A stretch of DNA of 61,692 bases, counting the filler, from Chiloscyllium plagiosum (taxonomy: Eukaryota): NCBI RefSeq assembly GCF_004010195.1. It is 4 parts of one record of this genome, joined end to end, with 100 filler letters (N's around TTAATTAATTAA, not from the genome) between each part and the next. Parts side by side here need not be neighbours in the genome. Positions count along the whole stretch, not along the records: positions 51,927 to 61,692 come from NC_057710.1; 3 more parts are not named here. One strand, 5' to 3'. The position numbers and the translations under genes were made by a program. The notes under the pieces were generated by a model that saw only the letters and a program-made list of their open reading frames with translations, made no database searches and was not told the DNA's origin. Positions within the stretch are counted from its first letter, which is position 1, and each line of letters opens with the position of its first letter. Of this stretch, positions 61,400 to 61,692 are shown piece by piece.

Positions 61400-61692
61400 A
61401 GCTGAAAAATGTGTTGCTGGAAAAGTGCAGCAGGTCAGGCAGCATCAAAGGAGCAGGAGAATCAACGTTTGGGCATAAGCCCTTCTTCAGGAATGAGGAG
61501 GGTGTGCCAAGCAGGCTAAGATAAAAGGTAGGGAGGAGGGACTTGGGGGAGGGGCATTGGGAATGCGATAGGTGGAAGGAGATTAAGGTGAGGGTGATAG
61601 GCCGGAGAGAGGGTGGGGGCGGAGAGATCGGGAAGAAGATTGCAGGTCAAGAAGGCGGTGCTGAGTCTGAGGGCTGGGACTGAGAAAAGGTG
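61400..61692 (-). mobile_element. Longer Penelope-type element running off the window end, inserted into a CR1
   Basis: Terminal repeat followed by a G-rich extension; the hammerhead lacks the G of GAAA. Confidence 0.65.

Overview
Eukaryotic vertebrate genomic DNA, most likely from an elasmobranch (shark), judged by its repeat content: CR1/HER1-type LINEs, HE1-like SINEs, Rex1, fish-type L1 and Penelope-like termini. I find two host exons. The first coding exon of PDE5A lies on the minus strand at 38218-38315, so bases 1-38217 appear to be intron 1. One internal SEC24D-like zinc-finger exon, missed by the ORF track, lies on the plus strand at 56687-56825. Nearly all ORF-track entries are decayed transposon fragments or chance ORFs. 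Three 100-bp scaffold gaps each carry an artificial TTAATTAATTAA spacer. The most notable signal is more than a dozen dispersed copies, from at least four sequence families, of a short Penelope-type terminal repeat. Each carries a minimal type I hammerhead ribozyme motif (CTGANGA-A-stem II-GAAA-NN-T-H) with covarying stems and a self-complementary helix-III tetramer. Several copies form fold-back (palindromic) mini-elements flanked by 12-18 bp target-site duplications. Repeat boundaries are approximate, and family names come from recalled motifs rather than database searches.
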